Of a stretch of DNA of 64,000 nt, positions 10,452 to 20,884 are shown piece by piece (position 1 is the first letter of the stretch; each line of letters starts with the position of its first letter). Position numbers and translations under genes: made by a program. The notes under the pieces were generated by a model. The model made no database searches and had not been told where the DNA came from. It was given only the letters and a program-made list of their open reading frames with translations. This DNA comes from Promethearchaeota archaeon (lineage in GTDB: Archaea; Asgardarchaeota; Lokiarchaeia; Sigyniarchaeales; SOKP01): the NCBI GenBank assembly GCA_019057865.1, contig JAHLWP010000002.1, forward strand, positions 96,001-160,000, written 5' to 3'.

Positions 10452-10519
10452 AATAGAAGATTATATTGGTAGTACTTATTATAATGCACTAGTAATTATT
10501 ATTATATCTACTTTATAAC

Positions 10520-11020
10520 CTAATCTTCTTTCTCTTCCTCTTTACGCTCAATTAACTCGTTCACAAATTCTTCAAATTCATCCAATGCACCCTGTAAACC
10601 CATTTTAATTCCTAAAATCATTAAAACCAGTCCAAAAAAGGCAAATATCCCTACCCCCCATCCAATTAAATTTAATATAGAGTGGAGTAAAATAGTGGAA
10701 TACAAAAAGACAATAGCTGCAAGTACCATTATTAATATACCCGCTACTATTATTGCAATACAAAGTTTTGCTTTTTTCTTATCAATATATTTATTGCTCT
10801 TTTTATCAGAATGCTTTTTAAACTTGTTCTCAAAATAGGTTATTATGGGAAAAAATACGAACATAGCTACTACTACATTTAATAACTGAAGTAGCCAAAA
10901 TTCTGCTTGCTGACTGAATCTTGTATTAATATAATTTATTGAAGTAAAAAATAAAAAAAAAAGTAAAATTACAGTTATAATTACTAATGTAATTTTTACT
11001 AGTGTCTCTTTAGTTTGAAT
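10520..11020 (-). CDS. Hypothetical 4-TM membrane protein; frame extends 52 codons upstream of the track ATG
   Basis: Frame open from ATT at 11020 (IQTKETLVKITLVIITVILLFF...) into MFVFF; acidic tail FEEFVNELIERKEEEKED. Confidence 0.65.
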   Translation of the reverse strand: MQTKETLVKITLVIITVILLFFLFFTSINYINTRFSQQAEFWLLQLLNVVVAMFVFFPIITYFENKFKKHSDKKSNKYIDKKKAKLCIAIIVAGILIMVLAAIVFLYSTILLHSILNLIGWGVGIFAFFGLVLMILGIKMGLQGALDEFEEFVNELIERKEEEKED

Positions 11021-11173
11021 AACTAATCATCACTTATATGAATAGTTTTTATAACCATATCAATTAATATTATGATAGAAACTATCCATCCGAATAATAC
11101 TTGTTAATAATTGGCTTCCTCATAACATTCCATATAAATAATAAAAAATCTCGCTTTTAATCTTTACTTAAGA

Positions 11174-11488
11174 TTAATCCTCTTCCTCACCATTAAGTAT
11201 CTCACTCACAAATTCCTCAAATTTCCTAAGAATATCTGAATCAGCATCAGTAGAACTTAAAATTTCCTTTTTCTCTTTAGTAATTGAATTCTTTATAAAC
11301 TTTTTCTCTACAAAATGCTTAATTGCCTTCCTGTATTCCCTTCTCTTACTTTTTGGAACGCGAACGCTTACAAAATCAGATATACATAAATAATAAGAAG
11401 AAGGAGAAATTTTAAAATCGATCGATAAATAATTACTTTTTAATATAATTTTTATTTTGAGATTTTCCTGCATCTTTAATCTCATCAA
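11174..11488 (-). CDS. Small hypothetical protein or gene fragment with acidic tail (true start probably downstream of the GGGPS stop)
   Basis: C-terminus KNSITKEKKEILSSTDADSDILRKFEEFVSEILNGEEED; the 5' part overlaps GGGPS. Confidence 0.5.
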   Translation of the reverse strand: MMRLKMQENLKIKIILKSNYLSIDFKISPSSYYLCISDFVSVRVPKSKRREYRKAIKHFVEKKFIKNSITKEKKEILSSTDADSDILRKFEEFVSEILNGEEED

Positions 11489-12251
11489 TAATGACTTTTA
11501 AAGAAGAACCATTATCCTGTAATATATTATTTTCAAGGTAAGTGCCCATAACGATGATATCTGCTCCAGCTTCTATAAATGCTCTTGCGTCCTCCTTATT
11601 ATCAACCCCTCCTCCTGCTATTATTGGAATATTTAATACTTGTGAACAGACTTTTATATGATCTGTTGGAATTATTTCACTACCTGAACCTGCCTCCAAA
11701 TATACGAGCTTGAATCCATACATCTCTGCTGCTAATGAATATGCAGCAGTTAATTTTGGTTTATTTCGAGGTATTAATCTCGCATTTCCAATCCATCCAG
11801 CACTAGCTCCTGGTTCTATGATTAAATATCCCATTGAAATATATTCTAATTTCACCATTTTAATTGTGTATGAAACAAGTGCTTGTTGACCAATAATAAA
11901 ATAAGGGTCTGAGGAGTTTAATAAAGACATGAAAAATATGGCATCAGCATATTGAGAAACATTACTAATACCTCCTGGGAAAATAATTATTGGTACATTT
12001 ACATTTTCTTTGATAGAAGAGATTGTTTTATCCACAAATACTTGATCAAATACAGTACTCCCTCCTATTAATATTGCATCTGTTCCAGCTTCTTCAGCAT
12101 ACTTTGCGATCTTTGCTGCTTTATTAGGACCTTGTCTTAATGGGTCTGGATCTATAAGAGAAAAATGTAATGCTCCTTCATTCTTGATTTTATTAATGAT
12201 ATATTTATATGTACTGTTTTCTATATATTCATCTACTAAAATATCAACCAT
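11433..12251 (-). CDS. Geranylgeranylglyceryl phosphate synthase (GGGPS/PcrB family)
   Basis: LIDPD, IGGST, IFPG, YLEAGSG, GGGV motifs. Confidence 0.95.
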   Translation of the reverse strand: MVDILVDEYIENSTYKYIINKIKNEGALHFSLIDPDPLRQGPNKAAKIAKYAEEAGTDAILIGGSTVFDQVFVDKTISSIKENVNVPIIIFPGGISNVSQYADAIFFMSLLNSSDPYFIIGQQALVSYTIKMVKLEYISMGYLIIEPGASAGWIGNARLIPRNKPKLTAAYSLAAEMYGFKLVYLEAGSGSEIIPTDHIKVCSQVLNIPIIAGGGVDNKEDARAFIEAGADIIVMGTYLENNILQDNGSSLKVIIDEIKDAGKSQNKNYIKK

Positions 12252-12274
12252 TTATTTCACATCTCTAATTTTAC

Positions 12275-13663
12275 TTATTTTTTTTTATTAATTATCATTC
12301 TTTCGATTTTATTATAGACTTCTAAAACTTTTTGTTTCCAACCTGGAAATATATCAGGATTTTGAGGGAAATTTTTATAAAGATTTGAAATTTCATTCAT
12401 CCGTATTCTAAGATAATTTAAATCTAATAACAAGTTAGGACGAGAAATACCCTTAAAAGCTTTTTTTACCATACTAATTAAAGAGATATTTAATCCACCA
12501 GTTGAAGAAATATCTAATATTTCTTCTCCACTTAATAGATCACGTTCCAATCCAAAATTTAAATCTTCATTTGAAAGAACTTGGAGAACTCTTCTTAATA
12601 AATCTAATGAAGCAAATTCCGCTCCAAAACTTGTCATTACTTTATAATTATAATCCCATAATTTATTTAATGATTGATCTTCATCTTCAATTGCTCTTAT
12701 TGCTGTATTTGCAGCATGTAATCCTGCTCTCATTGATGGATCTATCCCACCACCATGAAGCGGATTAACTTGACATGCAGCATCACCTACAAACATAATG
12801 CCATTATCAGCACAAGACCATAATGGCCTTCTTACAGGTGCTATACCTCCTCCCGTCGAAATTATCTCAAATTTTGAAGTCGTTATGAAATTATTAAATA
12901 TATTTTGCCTATAAAGTTCCTTTACTTTACCACCATAATCCATAAATACGCCTAGACCGATATTAACTGAGGATTCATTTTTTGGAAAATACCATATATA
13001 TCCTCCAGGAGCTTTTTCCTGATCTAAAATAATGGTAATATATTCAGAATCTTTTACTTGTAGATCTTTTGGTGAAAATTTCACAATCTCACGATAACAT
13101 AAAATAACATCTTGTTTAGAGATCTCTTTTTCAACTATTGAGCTCTTTACTTTTTTTCGCAATGGTGTATTATACCCACTTGCATCAATTACTATTTTTG
13201 ATTTAAGATCGATTTTTTCTCCGTTTTTTGACCGAACTTTTACTCCTGTAACATGATCATTAGTATACAATAAATCTAATGCCATAGTATTGTCTAAAAA
13301 TTGAGCTACTCCAGCATCTAGAGCTTCATTTAATAACCTTTGACCAAACTCTAATCTATTTATTATATAACCTGCTTGCTTCGGATCTACTAATGTTATA
13401 CATTTCTTAAGGTTTGGTGAATAAATTTTTGCCCCCTTTATATAACAAGATAATTCTTCATTCTTTGGATGATTTATGTTTAAAAAGTCGAATATTTCGT
13501 TTCCTACAGCGTCTCCACATATTTTATCTCCAATTTGGTGTTTTTCTTTTCTGTCAATTAAACATACACTTAAACCTTTTTTAGCAGCAAACCTAGCTGC
13601 AATAGTTCCGGCTGTACCTGCTCCAACCACTACAACATCAAAGAGTTTTTGTATGTTTTCCAT
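12275..13663 (-). CDS. Geranylgeranyl reductase family FAD oxidoreductase (DGGGPL reductase-like)
   Basis: VVGAGTAG, CGDAV, GGYIWYFPK, VGDAACQVNPLHGGGI. Confidence 0.92.
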   Translation of the reverse strand: MENIQKLFDVVVVGAGTAGTIAARFAAKKGLSVCLIDRKEKHQIGDKICGDAVGNEIFDFLNINHPKNEELSCYIKGAKIYSPNLKKCITLVDPKQAGYIINRLEFGQRLLNEALDAGVAQFLDNTMALDLLYTNDHVTGVKVRSKNGEKIDLKSKIVIDASGYNTPLRKKVKSSIVEKEISKQDVILCYREIVKFSPKDLQVKDSEYITIILDQEKAPGGYIWYFPKNESSVNIGLGVFMDYGGKVKELYRQNIFNNFITTSKFEIISTGGGIAPVRRPLWSCADNGIMFVGDAACQVNPLHGGGIDPSMRAGLHAANTAIRAIEDEDQSLNKLWDYNYKVMTSFGAEFASLDLLRRVLQVLSNEDLNFGLERDLLSGEEILDISSTGGLNISLISMVKKAFKGISRPNLLLDLNYLRIRMNEISNLYKNFPQNPDIFPGWKQKVLEVYNKIERMIINKKK

Positions 13664-13727
13664 GTTAGTTAGTTAAATTACTTTTTTAAAATAATTATAT
13701 TAGTTAAATAAAAAATTGTAAATAGTG

Positions 13728-14540
13728 TTAGATAAGAGTTAGAATATAAATTATCAATGTACTGCCTATTGGAACTGTTAAATCGTCATAAGTACTAGGA
13801 GACAATAGTTCAATTATAGTTGCTATTGTACTTGTAATTAAAGAATATATTAAAATCGTTTCAAAAGCTAAAGGTTCTTGTATATCAGGAAAAAGTAAAC
13901 CAAATAGGAAAAAGGAGATAAAACATAATAATAATGCTGTTCCAAAGAAAGTTAACGATCCTTCAAGAGTTCTACTTGAATTTGTCCAAGCAAAGCTGAT
14001 TTTTACTTTTCCCCAACGCTTTCCAATTACAGAAGCAAGAGTGTCAGCAATTATCATTAGTAAAATACCCGCTATTGGAAAATAAAATTGTTCTGGAGCA
14101 AAAATTGCAAAAATTAAAACTAGTGATGTAATGGAGAGACAATAGAAAAAAGGTCCTTGTAAACATCCAACTTTTTCTTCTGCTTCTTCACCAATTGCTT
14201 CATATAATTCCTTTAATTGTTTTATTTTTGATTCTTTTGAGCTAAAAAATACTAACACTGTGAGGGATCCTGCAATAATTGCTGACCAAAAAGGCCAAAA
14301 ATAAAATGGAGCAGTTAATATAGACAAACCAGCAAACATATGCACAGCTTTTCTTGCTGTAAACTTCGTTATTTTATCTTTTTTCTTCAAAATCAGTGGA
14401 ATAAAGATAGTTAAAAGTATATATACATATGCTAATAAGACAATAAATAAATCTAATAATAACGATGAAATTGCCATTGACGAATCATTACTTCTTATTA
14501 ATAACCGTGTAAAGTATTCATTTTTTAATAAAGTTTTCAA
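13728..14540 (-). CDS. CTP-dependent polyprenol/phytol/dolichol kinase family protein
   Basis: RKAVH, DTLASVIGKRWG, RTLEGS, ELLSPSTYDDLTVP; multi-TM. Confidence 0.88.
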   Translation of the reverse strand: MKTLLKNEYFTRLLIRSNDSSMAISSLLLDLFIVLLAYVYILLTIFIPLILKKKDKITKFTARKAVHMFAGLSILTAPFYFWPFWSAIIAGSLTVLVFFSSKESKIKQLKELYEAIGEEAEEKVGCLQGPFFYCLSITSLVLIFAIFAPEQFYFPIAGILLMIIADTLASVIGKRWGKVKISFAWTNSSRTLEGSLTFFGTALLLCFISFFLFGLLFPDIQEPLAFETILIYSLITSTIATIIELLSPSTYDDLTVPIGSTLIIYILTLI

Positions 14541-14785
14541 TAATCTTATATTTCTTACATTTCCGAATATGAAACGTTATAAAAAAACAAATTTGTTAAA
14601 AAAATTCCTTTTTAGGTTTTAAATGTGGTACTGGTGGAACTTTATTAAACGTCCATTTTTTTAGTGTGGGATATATATATTAATGATTCTGTTTTTTCGC
14701 ATAAATTCAATTTTTCATGATTTAAAAATTAAAATTTTTATTATATCTCAAATTTCCTTTTCTAAAAGATAGAAAATTATAATAA

Positions 14786-17458
14786 ATGTCAAAAAAAGCG
14801 TTTGGTTCGGGGTATTTTGGTGAATGGATTGAAGATGAGTTTGGATTACCTGCTTATCGATATACATGCGATCAAATAAATGATCCAAAAGCAATTACAC
14901 CTATAAATGAAGTGTGGCATTCCAAAACTGACCATTGGCATCAAGTAGGAAATGACCGTTTAGTTGCTTTGGCATCCAATTATGGTTATATCCAAGTACG
15001 TCAAGATGAGGGAAGTCCTAAATTACTTAATGAATTCGATCCTGATCATGGACAATATGCAGGAGGATTTGGGTATCTGATAGATAGAAACCAATATATT
15101 AGTACATTTTATCCTGGAAATGGAGATTTTTTTGAACGGATTTTTGGAATTGGTTATATTCGGAAAAGAGTATCAGGAATAGGTTTAATTGTCGATCAAG
15201 TTGTATTTGCTCCTTATGGAGATGATCCTATCTTGATCTCGCGAATAACAGTGAAAAATAATCGTAATAAACCAGCTCATCTTCGCTGGATTGAATATTG
15301 GGGTTGCCATATGTATCAATTTTCGCCAGATGCATATCTTAATGCTATGAATAAAAAAAATGTATCACTTACCAGAAAATATCGTCGAGAATTCAGTGAA
15401 CAGTTTACTCATGAGTTTAAATTAATAAATGGTAATGAAGGTCTTATGGAATCAAAAATTTTTAAAGATCGAAAAAGTCAGAAAAGATCTACTGCTCCTA
15501 AAGCCGTAATTAGAGATATGAACCCCCCTATGACATTACTTATATCAATGGATGCGAAAGCAGATGGATTTAGTACGGATTCATCTTCTTTTTTTGGAAA
15601 AGGAGGCGTAGAATCACCAGATGGTCTAAAAAAGTCTTTGGATTCAAATATTACTCTTTCTGATAATAAGAGTGCTATGCTTCTTGAGCGTAAAATACAA
15701 TTAAATCCCAATGAGAATAAAACTATGTATTTTGCATATGGTTATATCCCCGAAGGATTCGAGATTGAATCTCTTCTCAATAAATATAAAAAAGATTTAA
15801 ATCAAATATGGGAAACTTCATGTGAATATTGGAAAAAAAATCGGATTGACTTAGTGATTCCAGATGATTCATGGATACGACGTGAATTACTATGGCATAA
15901 TTATTACTTACGTGGGAGTATGACCTATGATAGTTATTTTAAAGAGTATATTCTTTCACAAGGACAGGTATATCAATATATTATAGGATTTCAAGGTGCT
16001 TTACGTGATCCTATGCAACATGTTTTACCATTTATATATAGTCAACCTGAAATCGTTAAAAATATCATAAGATATATTTTGAAAACTATAAAACCAAATG
16101 GAGAAATACCCTATGGTATTATGGGTAGTGGAATGATATTGCCTGTTCCCTATAAGCCTTCTGATCAACAGATGTGGTTACTATGGTTAGTGAGTGAATA
16201 TATTCTTGCAACTAGAGATATTGATTTCCTTGACGAAAAAGTACCAATTTATCCGGTTTATGGAAGAAATGTGATTAGGAATACTATAAAGGATTTGTTA
16301 TTATCATGTTATGGTTATTTTACCAAAATTCTTGGAACAGGACGACATGGTCTTCAGCGAATATCTAACGGAGACTGGAATGATGGTGTTATTATAGGAT
16401 ATATTTCAGAAGAAAAGCAAGATGAGGTTATTAAACATGGAGAAAGTGTATTAAATGCTGCCATGGCATCATATACTATTAGGCTTTTTGGAGAAATGTT
16501 GAACTTTTTTGGTGATACTGAAAATTCAGAAAATGTAATCCAATATGCTAATGATCAAAGGCAAGCAGTCCATGCTCAATGGAACGGAAAATGGTTTAAA
16601 CGCGCTTGGCTTACAGAAGATATTGGATGGATTGGGCAAGATCAGTTATGGCTTGAACCCCAACCTTGGGCAATTATTGGAGGAGCAGTAGATTCAGATC
16701 AGATGAAAATTTTAGTGGCCTCAATAGATGAGTTATTACGTCAGCCCTCGAAAATTGGTGCAAGACTTCTGAGTAAGGGTATTGATGCAATGAAAGAAGA
16801 ACTAGGAATGAGAGTGAATGGCGGAATATGGCCTTCAATAAATGGCACATTAATTTGGGCTTTATCCTTAGTTGATAGGAATATGGCTTGGGATGAATGG
16901 AAAAAAAATACACTTGCTTTCCATGCAGAAAATTATCCTGAAGTATGGTATGGAATTTGGAGCGGTCCGGATGTTTACAATTCTGATCTTTCTAAATATC
17001 CTGGTCAAACGCATTTCAGTGAAGATTTAATCAGTAGCAATAAGAAAGAAGGAGAACCTATATATGATGAAACTTTTGGGGTGAATTGGACAGACTTTCC
17101 AATTATGGATCTACATCCCCATGCATGGTCTATATACAATACAATTCATCTCATTGGAGCAAAATTTACCCTTGAAGGTGTAGAGTTGACACCAATACTA
17201 CCTAAAGATGAATATAAGTTTTCTTCTCCAATTTTAGGATTTGAAAAATCAAAAAAAGGATATTCAGGTTGGTATAGTCCCCTTGATGAGGGTACATGGA
17301 TGATCTCATTAACACTTGAAAGAGAAGATTTACAGGCACGATTATCTTTAAAGATTAATGATAAAGAAGAAAAAGTTGTTATAGAGGATGGGAAAATAAC
17401 TTTTCGTGGTGGGAGCAAACCAAATAAGCCATTAAGATGGGAGGTTATGAAGTATTAG
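14786..17458 (+). CDS. GH94/GH36-type glycoside phosphorylase/hydrolase
   Basis: QGALRD, GRHGL, GDWND catalytic-type motif, WLEPQPWAI, NGGIWP. Confidence 0.8.
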   Translation: MSKKAFGSGYFGEWIEDEFGLPAYRYTCDQINDPKAITPINEVWHSKTDHWHQVGNDRLVALASNYGYIQVRQDEGSPKLLNEFDPDHGQYAGGFGYLIDRNQYISTFYPGNGDFFERIFGIGYIRKRVSGIGLIVDQVVFAPYGDDPILISRITVKNNRNKPAHLRWIEYWGCHMYQFSPDAYLNAMNKKNVSLTRKYRREFSEQFTHEFKLINGNEGLMESKIFKDRKSQKRSTAPKAVIRDMNPPMTLLISMDAKADGFSTDSSSFFGKGGVESPDGLKKSLDSNITLSDNKSAMLLERKIQLNPNENKTMYFAYGYIPEGFEIESLLNKYKKDLNQIWETSCEYWKKNRIDLVIPDDSWIRRELLWHNYYLRGSMTYDSYFKEYILSQGQVYQYIIGFQGALRDPMQHVLPFIYSQPEIVKNIIRYILKTIKPNGEIPYGIMGSGMILPVPYKPSDQQMWLLWLVSEYILATRDIDFLDEKVPIYPVYGRNVIRNTIKDLLLSCYGYFTKILGTGRHGLQRISNGDWNDGVIIGYISEEKQDEVIKHGESVLNAAMASYTIRLFGEMLNFFGDTENSENVIQYANDQRQAVHAQWNGKWFKRAWLTEDIGWIGQDQLWLEPQPWAIIGGAVDSDQMKILVASIDELLRQPSKIGARLLSKGIDAMKEELGMRVNGGIWPSINGTLIWALSLVDRNMAWDEWKKNTLAFHAENYPEVWYGIWSGPDVYNSDLSKYPGQTHFSEDLISSNKKEGEPIYDETFGVNWTDFPIMDLHPHAWSIYNTIHLIGAKFTLEGVELTPILPKDEYKFSSPILGFEKSKKGYSGWYSPLDEGTWMISLTLEREDLQARLSLKINDKEEKVVIEDGKITFRGGSKPNKPLRWEVMKY

Positions 17459-18707
17459 AGTAGGGATAATTGGATGTGGTGATATCTCAAATTTAAACGT
17501 ATTAGGATATCTCCATTCACAAGATACTGAACTTGTTGCTGTTTCTGATACAGATATTAAAAGGGCTGGTGAAAAACTTGAACGATGGGGATTAAGAACC
17601 GTAAAGATTTATACAGACTATAAAAAAATGATTGATCATGAAGATTTAGATATTGTAGAAATTTTAACTCCCCATCATCTACATAGCCCAATGACGGAAT
17701 ATTGTGCGAAAGCAGGAGTACCTGGTATTTCAGTTCAAAAACCTCTTGCTCATACAATTTTAGATTGCGAAAATATGATACAAGTATGTAAAAAAGAGAA
17801 CGTAAAATTAAAATTATATGAAAATTTCCGATTTTACCCGATTTATCTAAAAGCAAAAGAATTATTGAATAGTGGAATCATTGGCGAATTATTAAATTTC
17901 AGAATTAGCACTCTTGTGACAGGAGGACCGAATATGTATATAGATATTAAATCTTATAGATGGCGGACTGATGTCGAAACGTGTGGTGGATTCCCTTATA
18001 TTTATGATGATGGTATTCATAAATTTTCAATGGCACTTTGGTTAATGAACCAAGAAAGATTTGAGAAGTTATTTAGTTGGATAGATTATTTTAACGGAAC
18101 CCAAGATATCCCCAGTTATGTTCTTTGGAAATATCCAAAAATAAGTTCAGAAGCTCCCCCGAAATATGGAATTATGGAAATTACTTTGGCTCCAAATCTA
18201 TATTATCCAAGTAATTATTATTTTTGTGATGAGTATATTGAAATATCTGGCTCAAAAGGAATAATGTGGATTAATCAATGTACATGTGGGGGGAACTTTG
18301 TTTCAAAAAGCCTACAATATCCTCCTATTGTTGTTTATATTGATGGAGAGGTTAAAACATATGGAGATAAGCTTCCAAGAGATTGGAGGTATTCTTTTAT
18401 AAATTCTACTGAACATTTTATAAACGTTGTTAAGAATGGGGGAACACCAATATATACAGGAGAACAAGGAAAAAATCTGTGTATTTGTGCAAAAATGCCT
18501 TATATTTCTCAACAGCAAAAAAGATCTGTTATTTGGGAAGAAATAACGCCTGAAAGTGAGAAAGATCATTCTTGTGTAGTAGTAGTTCCTGAAGAATTAG
18601 ATGGTTCGGGATTACTTAAATTTTTTTCCAGAAAAAAAAAAGATTTGAGAAAAGGTATTAAAGGAGGTTTAATCCATAAAGAATTTAAATATGAATATGA
18701 AGTTTAG
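17454..18707 (+). CDS. Gfo/Idh/MocA family oxidoreductase (inferred ATT start)
   Basis: Frame extends upstream of the track ORF to include the Rossmann motif RVGIIGCG; TPHHLH, QKPLA, YENFRF, DDGIH. Confidence 0.85.
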   Translation: MRVGIIGCGDISNLNVLGYLHSQDTELVAVSDTDIKRAGEKLERWGLRTVKIYTDYKKMIDHEDLDIVEILTPHHLHSPMTEYCAKAGVPGISVQKPLAHTILDCENMIQVCKKENVKLKLYENFRFYPIYLKAKELLNSGIIGELLNFRISTLVTGGPNMYIDIKSYRWRTDVETCGGFPYIYDDGIHKFSMALWLMNQERFEKLFSWIDYFNGTQDIPSYVLWKYPKISSEAPPKYGIMEITLAPNLYYPSNYYFCDEYIEISGSKGIMWINQCTCGGNFVSKSLQYPPIVVYIDGEVKTYGDKLPRDWRYSFINSTEHFINVVKNGGTPIYTGEQGKNLCICAKMPYISQQQKRSVIWEEITPESEKDHSCVVVVPEELDGSGLLKFFSRKKKDLRKGIKGGLIHKEFKYEYEV

Positions 18708-18721
18708 AAAACCATTACATC

Positions 18722-19846
18722 CTATTCAAATTTATCGAGATAAATTTCCTTACCCGATTCTGCTGATTCAATTGCCGCAAGATTAAATTTTAAAATATAT
18801 CTTGCCTGCTCCCCTGAAAGTATTGGATTTTTTTTGTTCTTTATAACGTCAATAAAATGGTTTGTAGCATTAATAAAACTATATTTCCAATCTCTTTCAA
18901 AATCTGTATAAGTTTCTACTTTACCATCTCTGATTATTACAATTGGAGCAAATATGTCCGAATCAGACATTTTATTTCCTATCGAAGTCCCTTGATTAAT
19001 TTTCATTACTCCACGACTTGCAATAATTTCGATAAACTCATCTGTAGGATAATAATTTGAAGGGATTTTCATTTCTGGCATTAGAGAAAATTCCATATTT
19101 CCATATTGTGGTACTACATGCTCAAAACTTTGTTTGTATTTAAACATAACATAAGCAGGAGCATCAAGTCCTTGATAATTATCTGTCCATGCAAAAACTT
19201 TTTCAATTTCTTCATTAAAAAACCAATGAGCTAATACAAAATCGTGCCATCCATTATCAAATAAAACTGGTGAACCGCTTTTTGCACCCCCAACCTTTTC
19301 TGGTCGTTTTCTCCACTCTTCCGCACTTGTTGGAATATTCCAACCTCCTTTCCCACCCATTGCGGTTTTAATACGTATTGACGAGGGATCACCTATATAA
19401 TCCTGTTCGAGTAATTCTTTAGCCCTCTTAATATGAGGAGCAAACAGAAAATTTTCATAAATTGATAGAATTGACCCAGATTTCTCACATGCATTAATCA
19501 TTTCATCTGCTTGTTCCAAAGTAAGGGCAATTGGCTTTTGAACTGAAATACCTTTAATATTTTTTTCAGCAGCATAAATCGTTGCTTCAGCGTGTAGATG
19601 ATGAGGTAAAAGAATCTCAACAATATCTATATCTTCTTTATCCAACATTTCCCTATAGTCTGAATAAATAGGTATATTCTTATCTAAGTTGAAATTTTTT
19701 ACTTTTTCTTTCGCTTTCGCACTGGTTCTATTACATAAACAGGTAATTTCCACATCTGGATTATTTAAAAACCCTAAAACATTCAAGTCAAAAATAACTC
19801 CAGTGCCAATAAATCCCACTTTGAACATAACAATTAGTAAAATCAT
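18722..19846 (-). CDS. Gfo/Idh/MocA family oxidoreductase
   Basis: KVGFIGTG, LPHHLH, QKPIA, DNGWH; paralog of the convergent gene. Confidence 0.9.
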   Translation of the reverse strand: MILLIVMFKVGFIGTGVIFDLNVLGFLNNPDVEITCLCNRTSAKAKEKVKNFNLDKNIPIYSDYREMLDKEDIDIVEILLPHHLHAEATIYAAEKNIKGISVQKPIALTLEQADEMINACEKSGSILSIYENFLFAPHIKRAKELLEQDYIGDPSSIRIKTAMGGKGGWNIPTSAEEWRKRPEKVGGAKSGSPVLFDNGWHDFVLAHWFFNEEIEKVFAWTDNYQGLDAPAYVMFKYKQSFEHVVPQYGNMEFSLMPEMKIPSNYYPTDEFIEIIASRGVMKINQGTSIGNKMSDSDIFAPIVIIRDGKVETYTDFERDWKYSFINATNHFIDVIKNKKNPILSGEQARYILKFNLAAIESAESGKEIYLDKFE

Positions 19847-19900
19847 TAATTAAATTTATATAATCTCTATTTGTAAAAATATTATCTTAGTAAGTTAAGA

Positions 19901-20830
19901 TTGAAAAGTAAGATTTTTATCATGAACATAACGTTACTAAATTTTTTAGAAGAATTTTTCGAGAATAGTGAGCTCAATCGTTTACATAACAATTACAATG
20001 GAGGGAGGATTTTTTCTTCCCCCTTAATTGGTGTTACTAGTGGTGATGACCCAATTTTCCAGATATTCAAAGAAGTTGTTGGTCCAGAACATCTAACTCC
20101 AAATGAGTTGTGGTTAGCTTGCGGACAGAACGATATACCACCATCGCAGCTTCGCGTAATTTCGATAGTTTTTCCCTTTGTAAAAAAGATTAGGGATGAA
20201 AGTCAAAACCCAATAGTTCTTTCAAATGTAAAATTACCTGCAGAAATTTATTCTGTTGGACGTAATTATGCAAATCCATTTAAAAAAGAAACTTGTAGAC
20301 AAATAGTTGAATTCTTTAAAAAGAAGGGATTTAATGCTGTAGCAGGAATGTTGAGTGAAGCTTTCACTGTTATTGCGAACGGGAATTTTTATTCTAATTA
20401 GTCCGAACGACACATTGCATTCGCAGCTGGACTCGGAACTTTTAGTTTACATGAAGGTTTAATTACAGAAGTAGGATGCAATATTAGATTAGCTTCTGTT
20501 GTCACTAATGCTCCCCTTGAAATTACTAATAGAAAAAGTGATGACCCATATGCAAACTGCTTATATTATAGAAATGGTAATTGTAAAGAGTGTGTGAAAA
20601 AATGTCCCGCTAAAGCTATAACAGAAAAAGGGCATGATAAGATAGAATGTTATAATTACGGGCAGAAAGTAGAAAGAAAAATGATTTCCCGTATTGGGCA
20701 AATATTAAAGCCACACATCAGTCGCGTCAATGGTAAACTGAGACCACCAGTCTTTCCTGTAGGTTGTGCTTTTTGTCAGTTTGGAGTTCCTTGTATGGAT
20801 AAAAATCCAATAGCCAGTGAAGAGAAGTAA
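19901..20830 (+). pseudogene. Epoxyqueuosine-reductase/reductive-dehalogenase-like Fe-S protein interrupted by an in-frame TAG
   Basis: NFYSN*SERHIAFAAGLGTFSL...RLASVVT...CKECVKKCPAKAI...C...CAFCQFGVPC in one frame; TAG at 20399-20401 where Trp is expected. Confidence 0.8.
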
Positions 20831-20884
20831 ATCTCTAATTTTTTATTCAGAAAATTAAAATTTAAGAGTATTAAATAATTAAAA

